From Flavobacteriales bacterium (GTDB lineage: Bacteria > Bacteroidota > Bacteroidia > Flavobacteriales_F > PHOS-HE28), in the NCBI GenBank assembly GCA_016710685.1, contig JADJVC010000002.1, forward strand, positions 701,031-765,030: a DNA stretch of 64,000 nt. Reading direction: 5' to 3'. Within the stretch, counting starts at the first letter, position 1; each line of letters begins with the position of its first letter. The notes below the pieces were generated by a model, which did not search any database, was not told the origin of the DNA, and saw only the letters and a program-made list of their open reading frames with translations. Made by a program: the position numbers and the translations under genes. Shown here in pieces: positions 29,007 through 38,930 of the stretch.

Positions 29007-29609
29007 TCAGAAATTAGAAGGCCGTTTGGTTGCGTCGTTCAACAATTCCAAGAAGTCAGCACGTGGTATTTCGACTGCGCCTAAGGTCACCGTGTGATCG
29101 TTAGCGTATTGTGAGTCGAACAAGATGAAGCCGTGTTTCCGTAGGTTTTCTGCAAGATGGTGGAAGGCCGTCTTACTCGCATTGGGCACCAGGCTGAACA
29201 TGCTTTCCCCAAAAAATGCCGCGCCGATGCTGACACCATAGATCCCGCCAACAAGCGTATCACCTTGCCAAGTTTCCACACTGTGAGCGTGCCCGATGTG
29301 TTGGAGCGCGGTGTACGCCGCGATCATCTCCCCGGTAATCCATGAGTCGCCATGCACGGTGGCGCATTGGCGCATCACCCCTTCAAAATCCGCATCGATG
29401 GTACAATGCAGGTCGCTGTTGCGAAGCCAGCGCCGGAAACGGGCATTGGGCCTTGTGGTTTCCAAAGGGAAAATGGCGCGCGGGTCAGGGTTGTGCCAAT
29501 TAATTTGCCCCAATTCATCAGCCATCGGGAAGAACCCCTGCGAATAAGCGGCCAGCAGAAGCTCCGCGCTGAGCTTGGGGCGGTCCGTTGCGGGATCGCG
29601 TTTGCTCAT
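29007..29609 (-). CDS. aat: Leucyl/phenylalanyl-tRNA--protein transferase
   Basis: LLAAYSQGFFPMAD…GESMFS…HHLAENLRKHGFILFDSQ. Start MSKRDPATD. 4-nt overlap with the upstream S8 gene. The track ORF is over-extended to 29756. Confidence 0.85.
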   Translation of the reverse strand: MSKRDPATDRPKLSAELLLAAYSQGFFPMADELGQINWHNPDPRAIFPLETTRPNARFRRWLRNSDLHCTIDADFEGVMRQCATVHGDSWITGEMIAAYTALQHIGHAHSVETWQGDTLVGGIYGVSIGAAFFGESMFSLVPNASKTAFHHLAENLRKHGFILFDSQYANDHTVTLGAVEIPRADFLELLNDATKRPSNF

Positions 29610-31297
29610 TCGGCCTTCACCACGCGTTGCGTAAGCCGCGATCCACCTACGCACACATCCACAATGTACAGGCCCGCGCGCAAATGCGAGAGCAGGTCGT
29701 TCTGGATGCGCACACGGCCATACGTTCCCGACTCCAGTGCCGAGGAAGTGGACCAAACGAGTTTTCCGAGCACGTCGTACATCTTCAGGTCCATCGAATT
29801 TGAAGAGCCGGCGTAAAGCTCAATGTCCAAGAAATCCGCAAAGGGAACGGGCATCACGTTCAGCACGGTGGGTGTTGAGAGTTGGGTCAAGTCACGGCCA
29901 CTGAGCAGCAGATGCGCACGCCAAAAATCCGGAATGCCGTATCCGAGGTCGTTATCTGGATGCGTGTATTGCGATGCACTTTTCCGGATCGCGTCCATGA
30001 TGTCGTGCGCGGTCCGGTCGCGGTGCAACTGCCACAGGCACGCGCTAAGGCCCGCCACCAATGGCCCGGCGAAAGAGGTGCCATTTATCGGCCCCACGTT
30101 CTCCCCACCAACATCCAAGCCGATGGTTCCCAAGCCCACGGCGCTCACGTCCGGTTTCACGCGGCCGTCGGCAGCGGGTCCACGTGAACTAAAGCTGGCC
30201 AGTACGCGGTCGTTGTCCACTGCACCAACAGCGAGAATGTCGAACGCATCCGCAGGTACGCCGATGAAATGCCAGTCGTTCGCGCCGCTGTTCCCGGCGC
30301 TGTTCACCGGGATCATCCCTTTGCGCGTGGCGATGTCCGCTGCGATCGTCATGTGCGAGGTAAGCCCGTTTAGGTCCGCGTAGGTATGGTCCTGCGTGCT
30401 GTCATCGAAGGTGGTGTAGCCCAGCGACGTGTTGAGCACGTCGCAACCGATGCTGTCACATACTTCAGCTCCGCTCACCCAGTTGTCTTCTTCCACAATG
30501 TGTTCACTATCGGCGTCCTCGGTGCGCAACAGAACGTAGTCCGCTGCTGGCGCGGTTCCCAGCAGTTCACCTTCCACCTTTCCGGCCATCACGGAAAGCA
30601 CGGAGCGGCCATGGAAATGTTCCGCATACACATTGCCGCCAGCCTGCACGAGGTCGCGTGTGTACAGAATGCCGTTGCGGGCGCGTAGGGCGGCCAAGCC
30701 CGGCAACACGTCCGCATTTTGGTAGCCTGCGTCCAGTATGCCGATCAACAGGCCTTCGCCCTTCGCGCCGCCCACTTTGTGGAGGAGATGCCCGTTCATC
30801 ATTTCAACCTGGCGGTAGGAAGTGCCGTAATCATTGGCGTAGGATTTAGTAGCGCTGCCAAACTTGTTGGGATGTCTAGCCGGGCGGACATTTCCGTCTA
30901 CGAGCATCTTGATTACATGCACAAAAGGCAGTAGCCCCAATGTGTCCAACGCAAGTGTGTCCGTGCTACGGATGGTCACGGCGTTGAACCACTTGCTGCG
31001 GTTCAGCAGTTGCATGTCGCCAGAAGCGAGCAACTGCGCGATGTACGCGGGGTCCACGGGCAGGTCCAACGAATCGATGGCGATGTTCTGCCGCTGCCTG
31101 CGTTCCAGCGCGCGCTGCGATAGGTATGCCTCTGGCGCGGTAAGGCTATACGGCGTTTGGGCCTTGTCGATGAATTGCACCCAATACGTGGCGGGGGCGG
31201 TTTGAGCGAAAAGGGGGGAGAAGAGAAGAAAGACGAAAAACAGGCCACAAATTCGGCCAACGGAAGTTGGTTGCACATGGATTGCAAAGGATTTCAT
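29606..31297 (-). CDS. Subtilisin-like (S8) serine peptidase with T9SS C-terminal sorting domain
   Basis: Signal peptide. Catalytic triad motifs (GILDAGY = Asp region, HGRSVLSVMAG = His, GTSFAGPLVAG = Ser). C-terminal beta-rich CTD ending …LYIVDVCVGGSRLTQRVVKAE. Confidence 0.85.
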   Translation of the reverse strand: MKSFAIHVQPTSVGRICGLFFVFLLFSPLFAQTAPATYWVQFIDKAQTPYSLTAPEAYLSQRALERRQRQNIAIDSLDLPVDPAYIAQLLASGDMQLLNRSKWFNAVTIRSTDTLALDTLGLLPFVHVIKMLVDGNVRPARHPNKFGSATKSYANDYGTSYRQVEMMNGHLLHKVGGAKGEGLLIGILDAGYQNADVLPGLAALRARNGILYTRDLVQAGGNVYAEHFHGRSVLSVMAGKVEGELLGTAPAADYVLLRTEDADSEHIVEEDNWVSGAEVCDSIGCDVLNTSLGYTTFDDSTQDHTYADLNGLTSHMTIAADIATRKGMIPVNSAGNSGANDWHFIGVPADAFDILAVGAVDNDRVLASFSSRGPAADGRVKPDVSAVGLGTIGLDVGGENVGPINGTSFAGPLVAGLSACLWQLHRDRTAHDIMDAIRKSASQYTHPDNDLGYGIPDFWRAHLLLSGRDLTQLSTPTVLNVMPVPFADFLDIELYAGSSNSMDLKMYDVLGKLVWSTSSALESGTYGRVRIQNDLLSHLRAGLYIVDVCVGGSRLTQRVVKAE

Positions 31298-31351
31298 TCC
31301 TCGTCTTCTCGTTTCTCCGAAATCCTCCTCCGCGCCCTCCGCGGTTAAACC

Positions 31352-32038
31352 TTATTGCGGTCCGTACCCCGTAACAACCTGCTTATACCATGTACCCCGA
31401 ACACCGGAGAACTGTGTGTTGGTGCTGTCCACCTCACGGTACACAAGGCCGATGTGTTTCGCGTAGCGCTCGAAGTAAGTGTTGGTAATGATCGCGTTGT
31501 TGAAGTAGGTGGTCTTCACCAGCAGCGTGCTGTCGAAGCTCATTCCGTTCACGGACCATGGAACATCGATGGCTTCGTAGGTAAGTTCGTAAGGTGCACC
31601 GGTGTTGGTCGCATTGGTGTTCCAATCCGCGCCGGTGCGCGCGGGGAAGATCAGTTTGACGCGCCTTTCATTTTCTTCGGCACGTTCGGCGTTCGTGGAC
31701 GTGCGGACCTGCCACCAGACGTCTTTTGGAAGCCACTCGCCGCTGGCGGTGTCCTGCCGGTAACGGATCAATTGCTGCGCAGGGCGGCCTTCGGGATCGG
31801 TGAAGGCGTTGGTAATGCGCTCCCTCAGCGGATAGTGCAGGCTGTCGTGTTGGGCTGTAAGGTCGTTGCGCCACACGGAATCAACGGTGTATTCAACCCA
31901 ACGCCCAGTGTCGGTGGGGAAGTAGGCATAGCCGAGGTCGATGGAAGCGGGAGTCTCTCCGTCCTTCTTGCAACCGGTATTGGCAGCAATGAGTAAGCCG
32001 ATTATCCCAAATAAAGGAAGTGCGTGTTTCATGTTCAT
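31352..32038 (-). CDS. Hypothetical lipoprotein
   Basis: Signal with lipobox LLIAANTGCKKDG. 228 aa, no recognisable domain. 4-nt overlap with mnmA upstream. Confidence 0.5.
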   Translation of the reverse strand: MNMKHALPLFGIIGLLIAANTGCKKDGETPASIDLGYAYFPTDTGRWVEYTVDSVWRNDLTAQHDSLHYPLRERITNAFTDPEGRPAQQLIRYRQDTASGEWLPKDVWWQVRTSTNAERAEENERRVKLIFPARTGADWNTNATNTGAPYELTYEAIDVPWSVNGMSFDSTLLVKTTYFNNAIITNTYFERYAKHIGLVYREVDSTNTQFSGVRGTWYKQVVTGYGPQ

Positions 32039-33132
32039 TGGGGCTCGCGGTCAATGAATCCTCCGCCGACCACATCGTCCCCATCGTAAAAGACGGCACT
32101 TTGCCCCGGTGCGATGCCCGCCACCTTGGCATGAAGATCAACACGCACATGTGTACCGTCCATCTGGATGGTGGCCGGCGTGCCTTTGTCTTTGTACCGG
32201 ATCTTGGTAACGGTTTCCATTTCACCCTTTAACGACGGCACTTTTTGGAAGTTGGGCTGACGCACCCAAGCGATTTGCTTGTCCAAGTCCTCCTTGCTGC
32301 CAAGCACCACGGTATTCGTCTCGGGGATGATCTCCGTAACGTACTTCGGCGTGCCGGTCGCAATGCCTAAGCCTTTGCGTTGGCCGATGGTGAAGAACGG
32401 GTAACCATCGTGTTCGCCGAGCGCGGCACCGTCCGTGCCCACGAGTTTACCGTGCGCCAGTTTTTCAAAGGCTTCGGGGTCCTTGCGTTTCAGGAAACCG
32501 CGGTAGTCGTTGTCCGGGATGAAGCAGATCTCGTAGCTCTCACTTTTCTTGGCCAATTCCGGAAAGCCGCTGTCAACAGCCATCGCGCGGATGTCGCTCT
32601 TCTTGAAACCACCGATGGGAAAGCGCGTGCGGGCGAGATTTTCCTGCGCCAGACCCCACAGCACGTAGCTCTGGTCCTTTCCGGGATCGAGGCCTTTGCT
32701 CACTACGAAACGGCCAGCGTCCTCGCGCACTTTCGCATAGTGCCCGGTGGCGATCAGTTCGCAATCCAGCATGTCAGCGCGCTTCAACAAGGCTTCCCAC
32801 TTGATGAAGGTGTTGCAAAGCACACAGGGATTAGGTGTGCGACCGGCCATGTATTCGCTGGTGAAGTTGCCGATGATAGCAGACCCGAACTCCTCGCGTA
32901 TGTCGATTATCATGTGGTGGAAGCCACGGCTCACGGCCATCTCGCGGGCATCGTTAATGCTGTCCAAGTCGCAGCAGCCGGTCACGCGCTTGCCGGTACC
33001 GTTGGCTGCGTAATCCCACGTTTTCATGGTTACGCCGATCACCTCGTAGCCTTGGTCATGCAGCATCAACGCGGTCACGGAGCTGTCCACTCCGCCGCTC
33101 ATGGCCACCAATACTCTTCCGTGCTTGCTCAT
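32035..33132 (-). CDS. mnmA: tRNA-specific 2-thiouridylase
   Basis: PP-loop VAMSGGVDSSV. Catalytic Cys region. Full-length 365 aa. Confidence 0.93.
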   Translation of the reverse strand: MSKHGRVLVAMSGGVDSSVTALMLHDQGYEVIGVTMKTWDYAANGTGKRVTGCCDLDSINDAREMAVSRGFHHMIIDIREEFGSAIIGNFTSEYMAGRTPNPCVLCNTFIKWEALLKRADMLDCELIATGHYAKVREDAGRFVVSKGLDPGKDQSYVLWGLAQENLARTRFPIGGFKKSDIRAMAVDSGFPELAKKSESYEICFIPDNDYRGFLKRKDPEAFEKLAHGKLVGTDGAALGEHDGYPFFTIGQRKGLGIATGTPKYVTEIIPETNTVVLGSKEDLDKQIAWVRQPNFQKVPSLKGEMETVTKIRYKDKGTPATIQMDGTHVRVDLHAKVAGIAPGQSAVFYDGDDVVGGGFIDREPQ

Positions 33133-34148
33133 TGCTTTTGCGTCCCGTCCACGGGCGCTCCGTTCACGTAAACCAATGTGGACACGAGGTTTCCCTTCTC
33201 ATCGTATTCCTTCACCGGACCTTCCATCACATCGTTCTTATATGTGCCTTCGCGCTTTTTCGTTTGACCTTTCAGTTCGCGTTCCACGTCGGGTCTTTCT
33301 TCACCTTCCGGACCCAGTTTAAAAGGTGCATCCGTCCAAGTGCCGTTGCCATACCACTCCGTGAACGGTCCTTCGCGCTTGCCGCCTTTGTAAGTGGTCT
33401 CGCTCTTTTTTTGTTGATCATCCCAGTACTCCGTGAAGAGGCCGTTCTCGTATTTCTGTTTCACGAAGGTGCCTTGCGCGTAAAGAACCTGCATCTGCAC
33501 GGAGCCGTCCTCGTTGTAGTACGTCCAGCCACCATCCCTGCTTCCGTTCACGTAATTGCCTTGGATTTCTTTGTTGCCCTTGGGGAAGAAGAATGTTTCG
33601 CTTCCCTCAGGAGCGCCCTTCACATACGTGGCTTGGTACTTCGGTTTGCCGTCGTTGTAAAACTGCTCCGCCTTTCCGTTTTCCTTTCCGTTTTTGAAAT
33701 TCCGGCGTTCCGCAACTTTCCCATCGGTGTAGAAGGCGGTCATTTCGCCGTCCATCTTACCGGCATTCCAGTGTTCGGTGCTGCGGAGAATTCCCGCGTC
33801 ATCGTAATAATTCCAAGTGCTGTCTTTTTCTTGGCCGAGATAGCGCCCTTCGGCCATCAGCTTGCCGTTGGGATGGAAGTGCTTACCGTGCGCGGCATTG
33901 GATCCGGCGTAATGGCTCACTTGGCTTTCCACCTTCCCGGTGGTGCTGTAATAGGTGAAGCTGCCCACGGGCTTATCGTCCTTGAATTGGCCAGTGTAGC
34001 GTAGTTGGGTGCTTTCGGCCCAAGTGCGTTGCCAAGGCCCTTGCTTATGGCCTAGGTCGTCTTTTTGGTTGATGGCACCGCCGGGCTGGGCCATGCAGAA
34101 GCTGGCCGTAACAAGGAAACTTAAAAGTGCGAACGAGCGAGTGGTCAT
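33129..34148 (-). CDS. MORN/YwqK-type repeat protein, secreted
   Basis: Signal peptide. About 12 tandem ~23-aa repeats with G-x-Y/F-x-x-Y-Y-x-N-G-K periodicity. Confidence 0.6.
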   Translation of the reverse strand: MTTRSFALLSFLVTASFCMAQPGGAINQKDDLGHKQGPWQRTWAESTQLRYTGQFKDDKPVGSFTYYSTTGKVESQVSHYAGSNAAHGKHFHPNGKLMAEGRYLGQEKDSTWNYYDDAGILRSTEHWNAGKMDGEMTAFYTDGKVAERRNFKNGKENGKAEQFYNDGKPKYQATYVKGAPEGSETFFFPKGNKEIQGNYVNGSRDGGWTYYNEDGSVQMQVLYAQGTFVKQKYENGLFTEYWDDQQKKSETTYKGGKREGPFTEWYGNGTWTDAPFKLGPEGEERPDVERELKGQTKKREGTYKNDVMEGPVKEYDEKGNLVSTLVYVNGAPVDGTQKQ

Positions 34149-34253
34149 GTTGAAATATGCGGGAATTCCGCCGCGCGAAGGTAAGAACGGCGCAGGGGCG
34201 GACTTGGTGTGGGGGATCGTACTTCAAGATCCGCGCCAACAACTTGCGTGCTT

Positions 34254-34691
34254 TCACAATATCCGCCGCAAGTAGTTCACCTGTCCCAAATGGTAGTTGA
34301 GGTGCCCGTGCAGATGCAGCAGAAAGTAGCCGGTAGTGGTTTCCTCCGGCAATACCCGGATCGGGAACGGCTGGGTCAGTCGACTTTTATCCAATGCCAC
34401 TAGGGTGTCATCCACGGCAGTAATGGTCTTTTTTAATTCCTCCAGAAGCTCCAGCTTAGGAATGCTCTTTGCGGCGAATTCACGCTCCCGATCCCGCGAA
34501 TAGGCACTGCCGCCGAGCACTGCTCCTATGAAGTGCCTCAGGTTGCCGCAGATGTGGAGAGCCAAATTGCCGGCGCTGTTTGTAACGCTGCCTGTGGTTC
34601 GCCAAATGTCCTCTTCCGCCTTGAAAGCATCGATCTCATTGCACAATTTGTGCAGGTCGCGGGCAAACAGACTACGGAGGTCAGTAAGCAT
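34254..34691 (-). CDS. DinB/DUF1572-like four-helix-bundle protein
   Basis: About 146 aa from MLTDLRSLFARDL. Spaced His residues (HICGNLRHF…HLHGHLNYHLGQ) typical of the DinB_2 metal-binding fold. The track ORF starts 41 codons earlier. Confidence 0.45.
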   Translation of the reverse strand: MLTDLRSLFARDLHKLCNEIDAFKAEEDIWRTTGSVTNSAGNLALHICGNLRHFIGAVLGGSAYSRDREREFAAKSIPKLELLEELKKTITAVDDTLVALDKSRLTQPFPIRVLPEETTTGYFLLHLHGHLNYHLGQVNYLRRIL

Positions 34692-34763
34692 GGGGGCGCT
34701 CTTTTCAACGCTGAAGGTAATCAAAAGCGGGAGCTTCGGGTCTGGGTCTGGTCCTGAAATGAA

Positions 34764-34801
34764 GAAAGCCCCAAAAGAGGGGCTTTCTTGCGGTCCGGAC
34801 G
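34764..34801. repeat. Terminator-like hairpin plus a 14-nt copy of the tRNA-Asp 3' end (att-like remnant A)
   Basis: aaagcccc-aaaaga-ggggcttt followed by tgcggtccggacgg, identical to the sequence at 38929..38942 (the tRNA-Asp acceptor end, complement strand). Confidence 0.5.
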
Positions 34802-34867
34802 GTCCTTCCCGCATCTACGCTTCACTTCGTGCGGGATAAACTTCTCGTCCCGTCGGGTTAAACGAAA

Positions 34868-34917
34868 AAAGCTCCCAAAAGAGGGAGCTTTTTGCGGTCG
34901 GACGGGACCTGAACCAT
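34868..34917. repeat. Terminator-like hairpin plus a 24-nt degenerate copy of the tRNA-Asp 3' end (att-like remnant B)
   Basis: aaaagctccc-aaaaga-gggagcttttt followed by tgcggtc-ggacgggacctgaacc. Compare the tRNA tgcggtccggacgggactcgaacc. Same orientation as the tRNA. Confidence 0.5.
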
Positions 34918-35920
34918 TCTTATCCCCCTTTGTCGAATTGTGGTTTGCCTACGCGCCAACGGTGGGATTCGCAGAAGGCTGAATAAAGACGAAACGGGGA
35001 AAGGAACGACAACGGACCGACAACCGACTATATTCCCCGTTATACCTAGCATCACACACGGCACGGATCGAACCTGCGGACCCCCCAGCCCGGGGGCCGG
35101 CTGGGGTGTCGTTGCGGGGGCGGACCGGTGGGGCGGCCCTGAACAACGGGGCGTTCCCCGCGTCCTGTCAACCAAAGTGAACGACTACCTGGAGTTGCAG
35201 GATGGTTCCAGTCTACAGCAGCCGTTCACGAAAACGGTTGCGGGGTCGACGGAACAAGGCAAGGCCGAGGTCATACGGCGGCCGGCGACAAATGCCTCGG
35301 GGGACGGCTCGGAACCCACCCGACGCGCTCGATAAGGCGATAACGGGACACACAAGGCAATCGTTTCGGGTCTACATCCGCTAAAGCGCGGCGCCGGGGC
35401 CGTGGGGGCCCGGGCGGGGCAGCGAGTTGGGGAGGGGGGACAAAATGCCCTCTAGTGAGGTTGGCCCTTGGCTATCGGAGGAATTAAACCACACACTATC
35501 GGTCTGCACATATTCTGCACTGTGCAACGGGGTGCCAATACAAACTGCAATCGAGCAGAATTTCAAGATCCAATGGATTCAAACGCTTGAGGATAGGCTA
35601 TAAACCGGAATCACCTAGTCAGCCGCTCAACCGCCTAGAGTGGAATTGCTCAACCGCCGTCTACGTTCATATCGTGAAGGAACTACTTAATAGAGGGTAC
35701 CTCTTTCTGCGGGAAGACGCCAGGATGCGGCATATCCGACTGTTCGCGGCTTCACAGTCGATTACCGTTTCCGGTCGAGACGGTACGGAATTATCCCCGG
35801 ACGAACGGCGATTCATGGTCGGCCTGGCAAGGCAAAGGCAAGACGACGTTACCAGGGGCAGAGGACATGAAAGCGTTTCAACGTTGGGTCCGATTACCTC
35901 GACCCTAGGCATGGGTTCGT

Positions 35921-36253
35921 TTGCGTCAGGTTCGCCAACAATGGCAACCCAAACGCAAATGGAACAGGTATTTTCTCACAGGTCCCGTCGCTGACCTACA
36001 GGGCTACATCGCCCAAACGATCCAACGTGAATTATCGGTCATCCTGAAGGCGGACCCCGCCCCGGATCCCGATGAACTGGTCACCCGCAAACAGGCCGCG
36101 CAATACTTGGGGTTGTCGTTGCCGACGTTGCATGAGTACACCATGCGCGGACTGGTGACGGCCTATCGGCTGGGGTCGAGGGTGCGCTATCGGAAAGGCG
36201 ATCTACTGAACTGCCTGCTGAAGGTTCAGACCGTGAAACACCGCGCCGCCTAA
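35921..36253 (+). CDS. Helix-turn-helix DNA-binding protein of the Bacteroidetes excisionase-like (HTH_17/Xis) type
   Basis: …IQRELSVILKADPAPDPDELVTRKQAAQYLGLSLPTLHEYTMRGLVTAYRLGSRVRYRKGDLLNCL matches the layout of CTn/mobile-element HTH proteins. Start uncertain (TTG in the track). Confidence 0.55.
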   Translation: MRQVRQQWQPKRKWNRYFLTGPVADLQGYIAQTIQRELSVILKADPAPDPDELVTRKQAAQYLGLSLPTLHEYTMRGLVTAYRLGSRVRYRKGDLLNCLLKVQTVKHRAA

Positions 36254-36615
36254 TGGATACCCCTGCATTCGCCAAACACCACCGCATCACCTTCGACCTC
36301 GACATTGATTCGGGCTGGTACATCCGCAGACCCGCCCCGATCCACTTCGCCAAGTTGCCGGGGAAACTGAAGGTCGAGCAGACACAGATCGAACGGTTCA
36401 GGAACCAAGGGGCTGAAACGATCATCACCGGACCAATGAGGGACAAACGGCGCACGTTCTATACTGGTCTGCGACAACTACCTGTCGAGGGTTGCTATGT
36501 GGGCAACGACTACGAACAGCGCAACGGGAAGGTCCTCGTTGGTCCTGTTCCAGTTCAGCGCGGATCATTCGAACTGACCTTTCTATTTCAACGGGTACTA
36601 CAAGGCGGCATCTGA
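36253..36615 (+). CDS. Hypothetical protein in the island
   Basis: 120 aa ORF with an ATG start directly after the HTH gene. No recognisable family. Confidence 0.3.
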   Translation: MDTPAFAKHHRITFDLDIDSGWYIRRPAPIHFAKLPGKLKVEQTQIERFRNQGAETIITGPMRDKRRTFYTGLRQLPVEGCYVGNDYEQRNGKVLVGPVPVQRGSFELTFLFQRVLQGGI

Positions 36616-36957
36616 AGACCGCAGCCGTTACCGTGTTATTCTTTCAGGACCAGCACCAGGGGCGCGTGACGGCCCCTGCCCTGTTATCGCCTTTACACAG
36701 GCATCACCCTGCAATGACGACTACGCGAGTTACTACACCTGCGAGGTAGGGCGCGCCTTTGGATCACCCTTACTGTCGTTCAGCGACCAGTGAATGAGGA
36801 TACCGGGGAACTGTTGGGACCGATGCACGATGCGCGGAATATGGCCGCATGACCTTACCATTACCCCAGCGGACGTACCACGATGCGGATCGTTCCACAA
36901 ACCGCGCACGGGGCAACTGGGACGAATACACGTTCACGCAATTCCTGGAGACTGTAG

Positions 36958-37827
36958 ATGAACTATGCAGAACCTTCGACCTCGACCCCCATACACGATA
37001 AAGGATGCCAGTACGGCCTACCCTTCGACCTGCTGCGGGATGAAGTGAAGTTCACCAAGGCCGCGCCTTTGCATCGCATGGGAATCTATACGTTGAACGA
37101 CCTACTGAACCCCGGCGCATGGAGACAACTACAGGCCCGCATCTTGGGCATATACGATGAACTGTTCATCCTCGAACCGTCGATCACCAAGGCCCCATTG
37201 ACACCTTCGCAGCGCACGTTCACCACCGTAGCCACCGCACCGGGTTACTGGCAAGGGCTGACCAAGGGACAACGATACAAGGCCCGCGCGCGCTATGCCG
37301 ACATCGTGGAACAGTTCGCCAGTAGCAACCTGAAGGGCGAACTACGCGAGGAGCTGGTCGGCAAGTTGAACGACCTGCTGAACGATGCCGAAACCACTGT
37401 CGAAAAGGGTGACCCTTTCACCAATATCCTAGGGCCTACGATCCAAGGTAAAGGGGGACCCTTTCACGGTTCAGTTAATGTGGGAACTGGTCACCCTACG
37501 GACACCGGGAACGATGGACCGGTCACCGCCCCTTGTACTGTTAAAGAAACAAGGGATAACAAAGGCGAAACAAAGGTGGAGGCCCGGTTTTGCCTGACCT
37601 GCGGTCATGACATTAGCGACCAGCGGAAAGGATCACGCTACTGTTCAGAGAGCCGGTACGGCAAGGCCGCTAAACAGTGCCGGAACGCAGGTAGCAACCC
37701 TCGGAACAATCGTCTGCGATCCTTGGAACTGATCGAGCGTGACCCGCTACTGTTCGACCATCGGCCATACATCGCCGCGTACGTCGCTGAATCACCACGC
37801 ATCACAATCTATAATAGAACAAAGTAG
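36958..37827 (+). CDS. Hypothetical protein with C-terminal C4 zinc ribbon
   Basis: 289 aa. C-terminal CLTCGHDISDQRKGSRYCSESRYGKAAKQCRN (CxxC…C…C with an R/K-rich spacer) resembles nucleic-acid-binding Zn ribbons of phage/plasmid proteins. Confidence 0.4.
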   Translation: MNYAEPSTSTPIHDKGCQYGLPFDLLRDEVKFTKAAPLHRMGIYTLNDLLNPGAWRQLQARILGIYDELFILEPSITKAPLTPSQRTFTTVATAPGYWQGLTKGQRYKARARYADIVEQFASSNLKGELREELVGKLNDLLNDAETTVEKGDPFTNILGPTIQGKGGPFHGSVNVGTGHPTDTGNDGPVTAPCTVKETRDNKGETKVEARFCLTCGHDISDQRKGSRYCSESRYGKAAKQCRNAGSNPRNNRLRSLELIERDPLLFDHRPYIAAYVAESPRITIYNRTK

Positions 37828-37830
37828 ACC

Positions 37831-38196
37831 ATGGCACGAGGAAGAAAAACAGGCGGTCGGCAATTTGGCACCCCGAACAAGGCCACGTCTACACTAACGG
37901 AACAGGTCGAACAGGCCACAGGCGGTGAACCTATCCCTGTGCTATTGGCACGCATCGGGGCGAAGGCCATGAAGGATCGGGATTACCAGACCGCTATCAA
38001 CGCATTGAGCAAGGCCGCTGCATACGTCTATCCACGGCTGCAATCAATTACCACCCCGGATACTCCCAACGTTCTACTCCCGCACTTAGTGGTGAATGCG
38101 GACGGGATGGCGAAGGTTCCCGAAAATTGGCCGGGACCAGTTATTCGGTTCGCAATGCGTAGCCCGCAGGATCCGCCGTCTACTATACTGGTTTGA
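37831..38196 (+). CDS. Hypothetical protein in the island
   Basis: 121 aa, begins 4 nt after the preceding gene. No recognisable family. Confidence 0.3.
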   Translation: MARGRKTGGRQFGTPNKATSTLTEQVEQATGGEPIPVLLARIGAKAMKDRDYQTAINALSKAAAYVYPRLQSITTPDTPNVLLPHLVVNADGMAKVPENWPGPVIRFAMRSPQDPPSTILV

Positions 38197-38930
38197 AGTA
38201 GGATTCACCCGGCCCGTATCCAGACCGTATTTATCGGCTATTAACGGGACGACTATGCGATCACGGCCCCGGAACATGCAGAGGTTTCCCGTCACATCGC
38301 GCACGTAAGGCGCACGCACACGCAAGGCCATGCAGACGGGGTTTCCGAAACCATCGCGCGCGTAACGGGACCCCGTGTTCACCTTGTTTCCGCCTTGTTA
38401 CACCGTGTTTTCACCGTTATAACAGCGGAATAACAGCGGTGAAAACAGACGAACTACTGCGCCAGAGAAAGGCCCTGTTTGCGTTTAGCGTCCTTTTTCC
38501 TTGCGCCAACGTTCAGGGGGATTGTAACCGCTGCAACGGTCCCGCAAAAGATCAACACAGGCGCGGCCAGTTCATTCTGGTTCCAGCTCGTGGAGGTCAT
38601 GAAATTCCCCGCGATCAACATCCCGAATGTCATGATTCAGCAGGTGCAACTAAGTCGTCTGGTTGAACGCCTTGATCTCATTCGGATGATACACATCTGG
38701 GGCCGGTGGAAGATCTTGCCATGCCCTCTAATGCACACATCAACAATGCTATGACTAGGAATCTCTGGGACGAAACTATGCATCGCTGTGTTCCCATCTT
38801 GTATTGTGTCAAATCTCAATAACAGGCGAGGAACAGGTGGCAATCGCCACAAACCGACAACCCAGTGACAACGCTACAACGAGGATCGCCGGAACCCTTT
38901 GCTATTGCTAGGATTGCGGCGAAACTTATG

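Larger units (their letters stand above)
34918..38930. mobile_element. Putative remnant of an element integrated at tRNA-Asp. It has an Xis-like HTH gene and no integrase, and is bounded by the tRNA 3' end and its partial direct repeats.
   Basis: Direct repeats of the tRNA 3' end at 34788..34801 and 34893..34917, with the intact tRNA at 38931..39004. An ORF-poor GC-rich stretch at 34918..35586. Mobile-element-type HTH gene at 35921..36253. No tyrosine/serine recombinase ORF. Confidence 0.4.

Noticed and set aside
34868-35300. tmRNA (ssrA) on the minus strand, suggested by the tRNA-like 3' end followed by a terminator
   Set aside because: The T-arm is degenerate (aatgg/cccgt does not pair). 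The acceptor has a deletion. There is no 5' GGGG partner able to pair with the 3' end. No tag-peptide reading frame (…ALAA) was found. It is better explained as an att-type partial tRNA-Asp duplicate.
34918-35586. RNase P RNA in the GC-rich structured segment
   Set aside because: The conserved CR-I (GGAAAGUCCGGGCUCC), CR-II (AGGGUGAAA) and CR-IV (ACAGAACCCGGCUUA) motifs are absent on both strands. Only a trivial agcccgg match was seen.
38479-38754. Integrase C-terminal remnant next to tRNA-Asp (ORF with …AINIPNVMIQQVQLSRLVERLDLIRMIHIW)
   Set aside because: It has only a vague resemblance to the GVPI…LGH region. No LGHxxxxTTxxYxH motif was found in any frame of 38200..38930 when translated. 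This is too weak to call.
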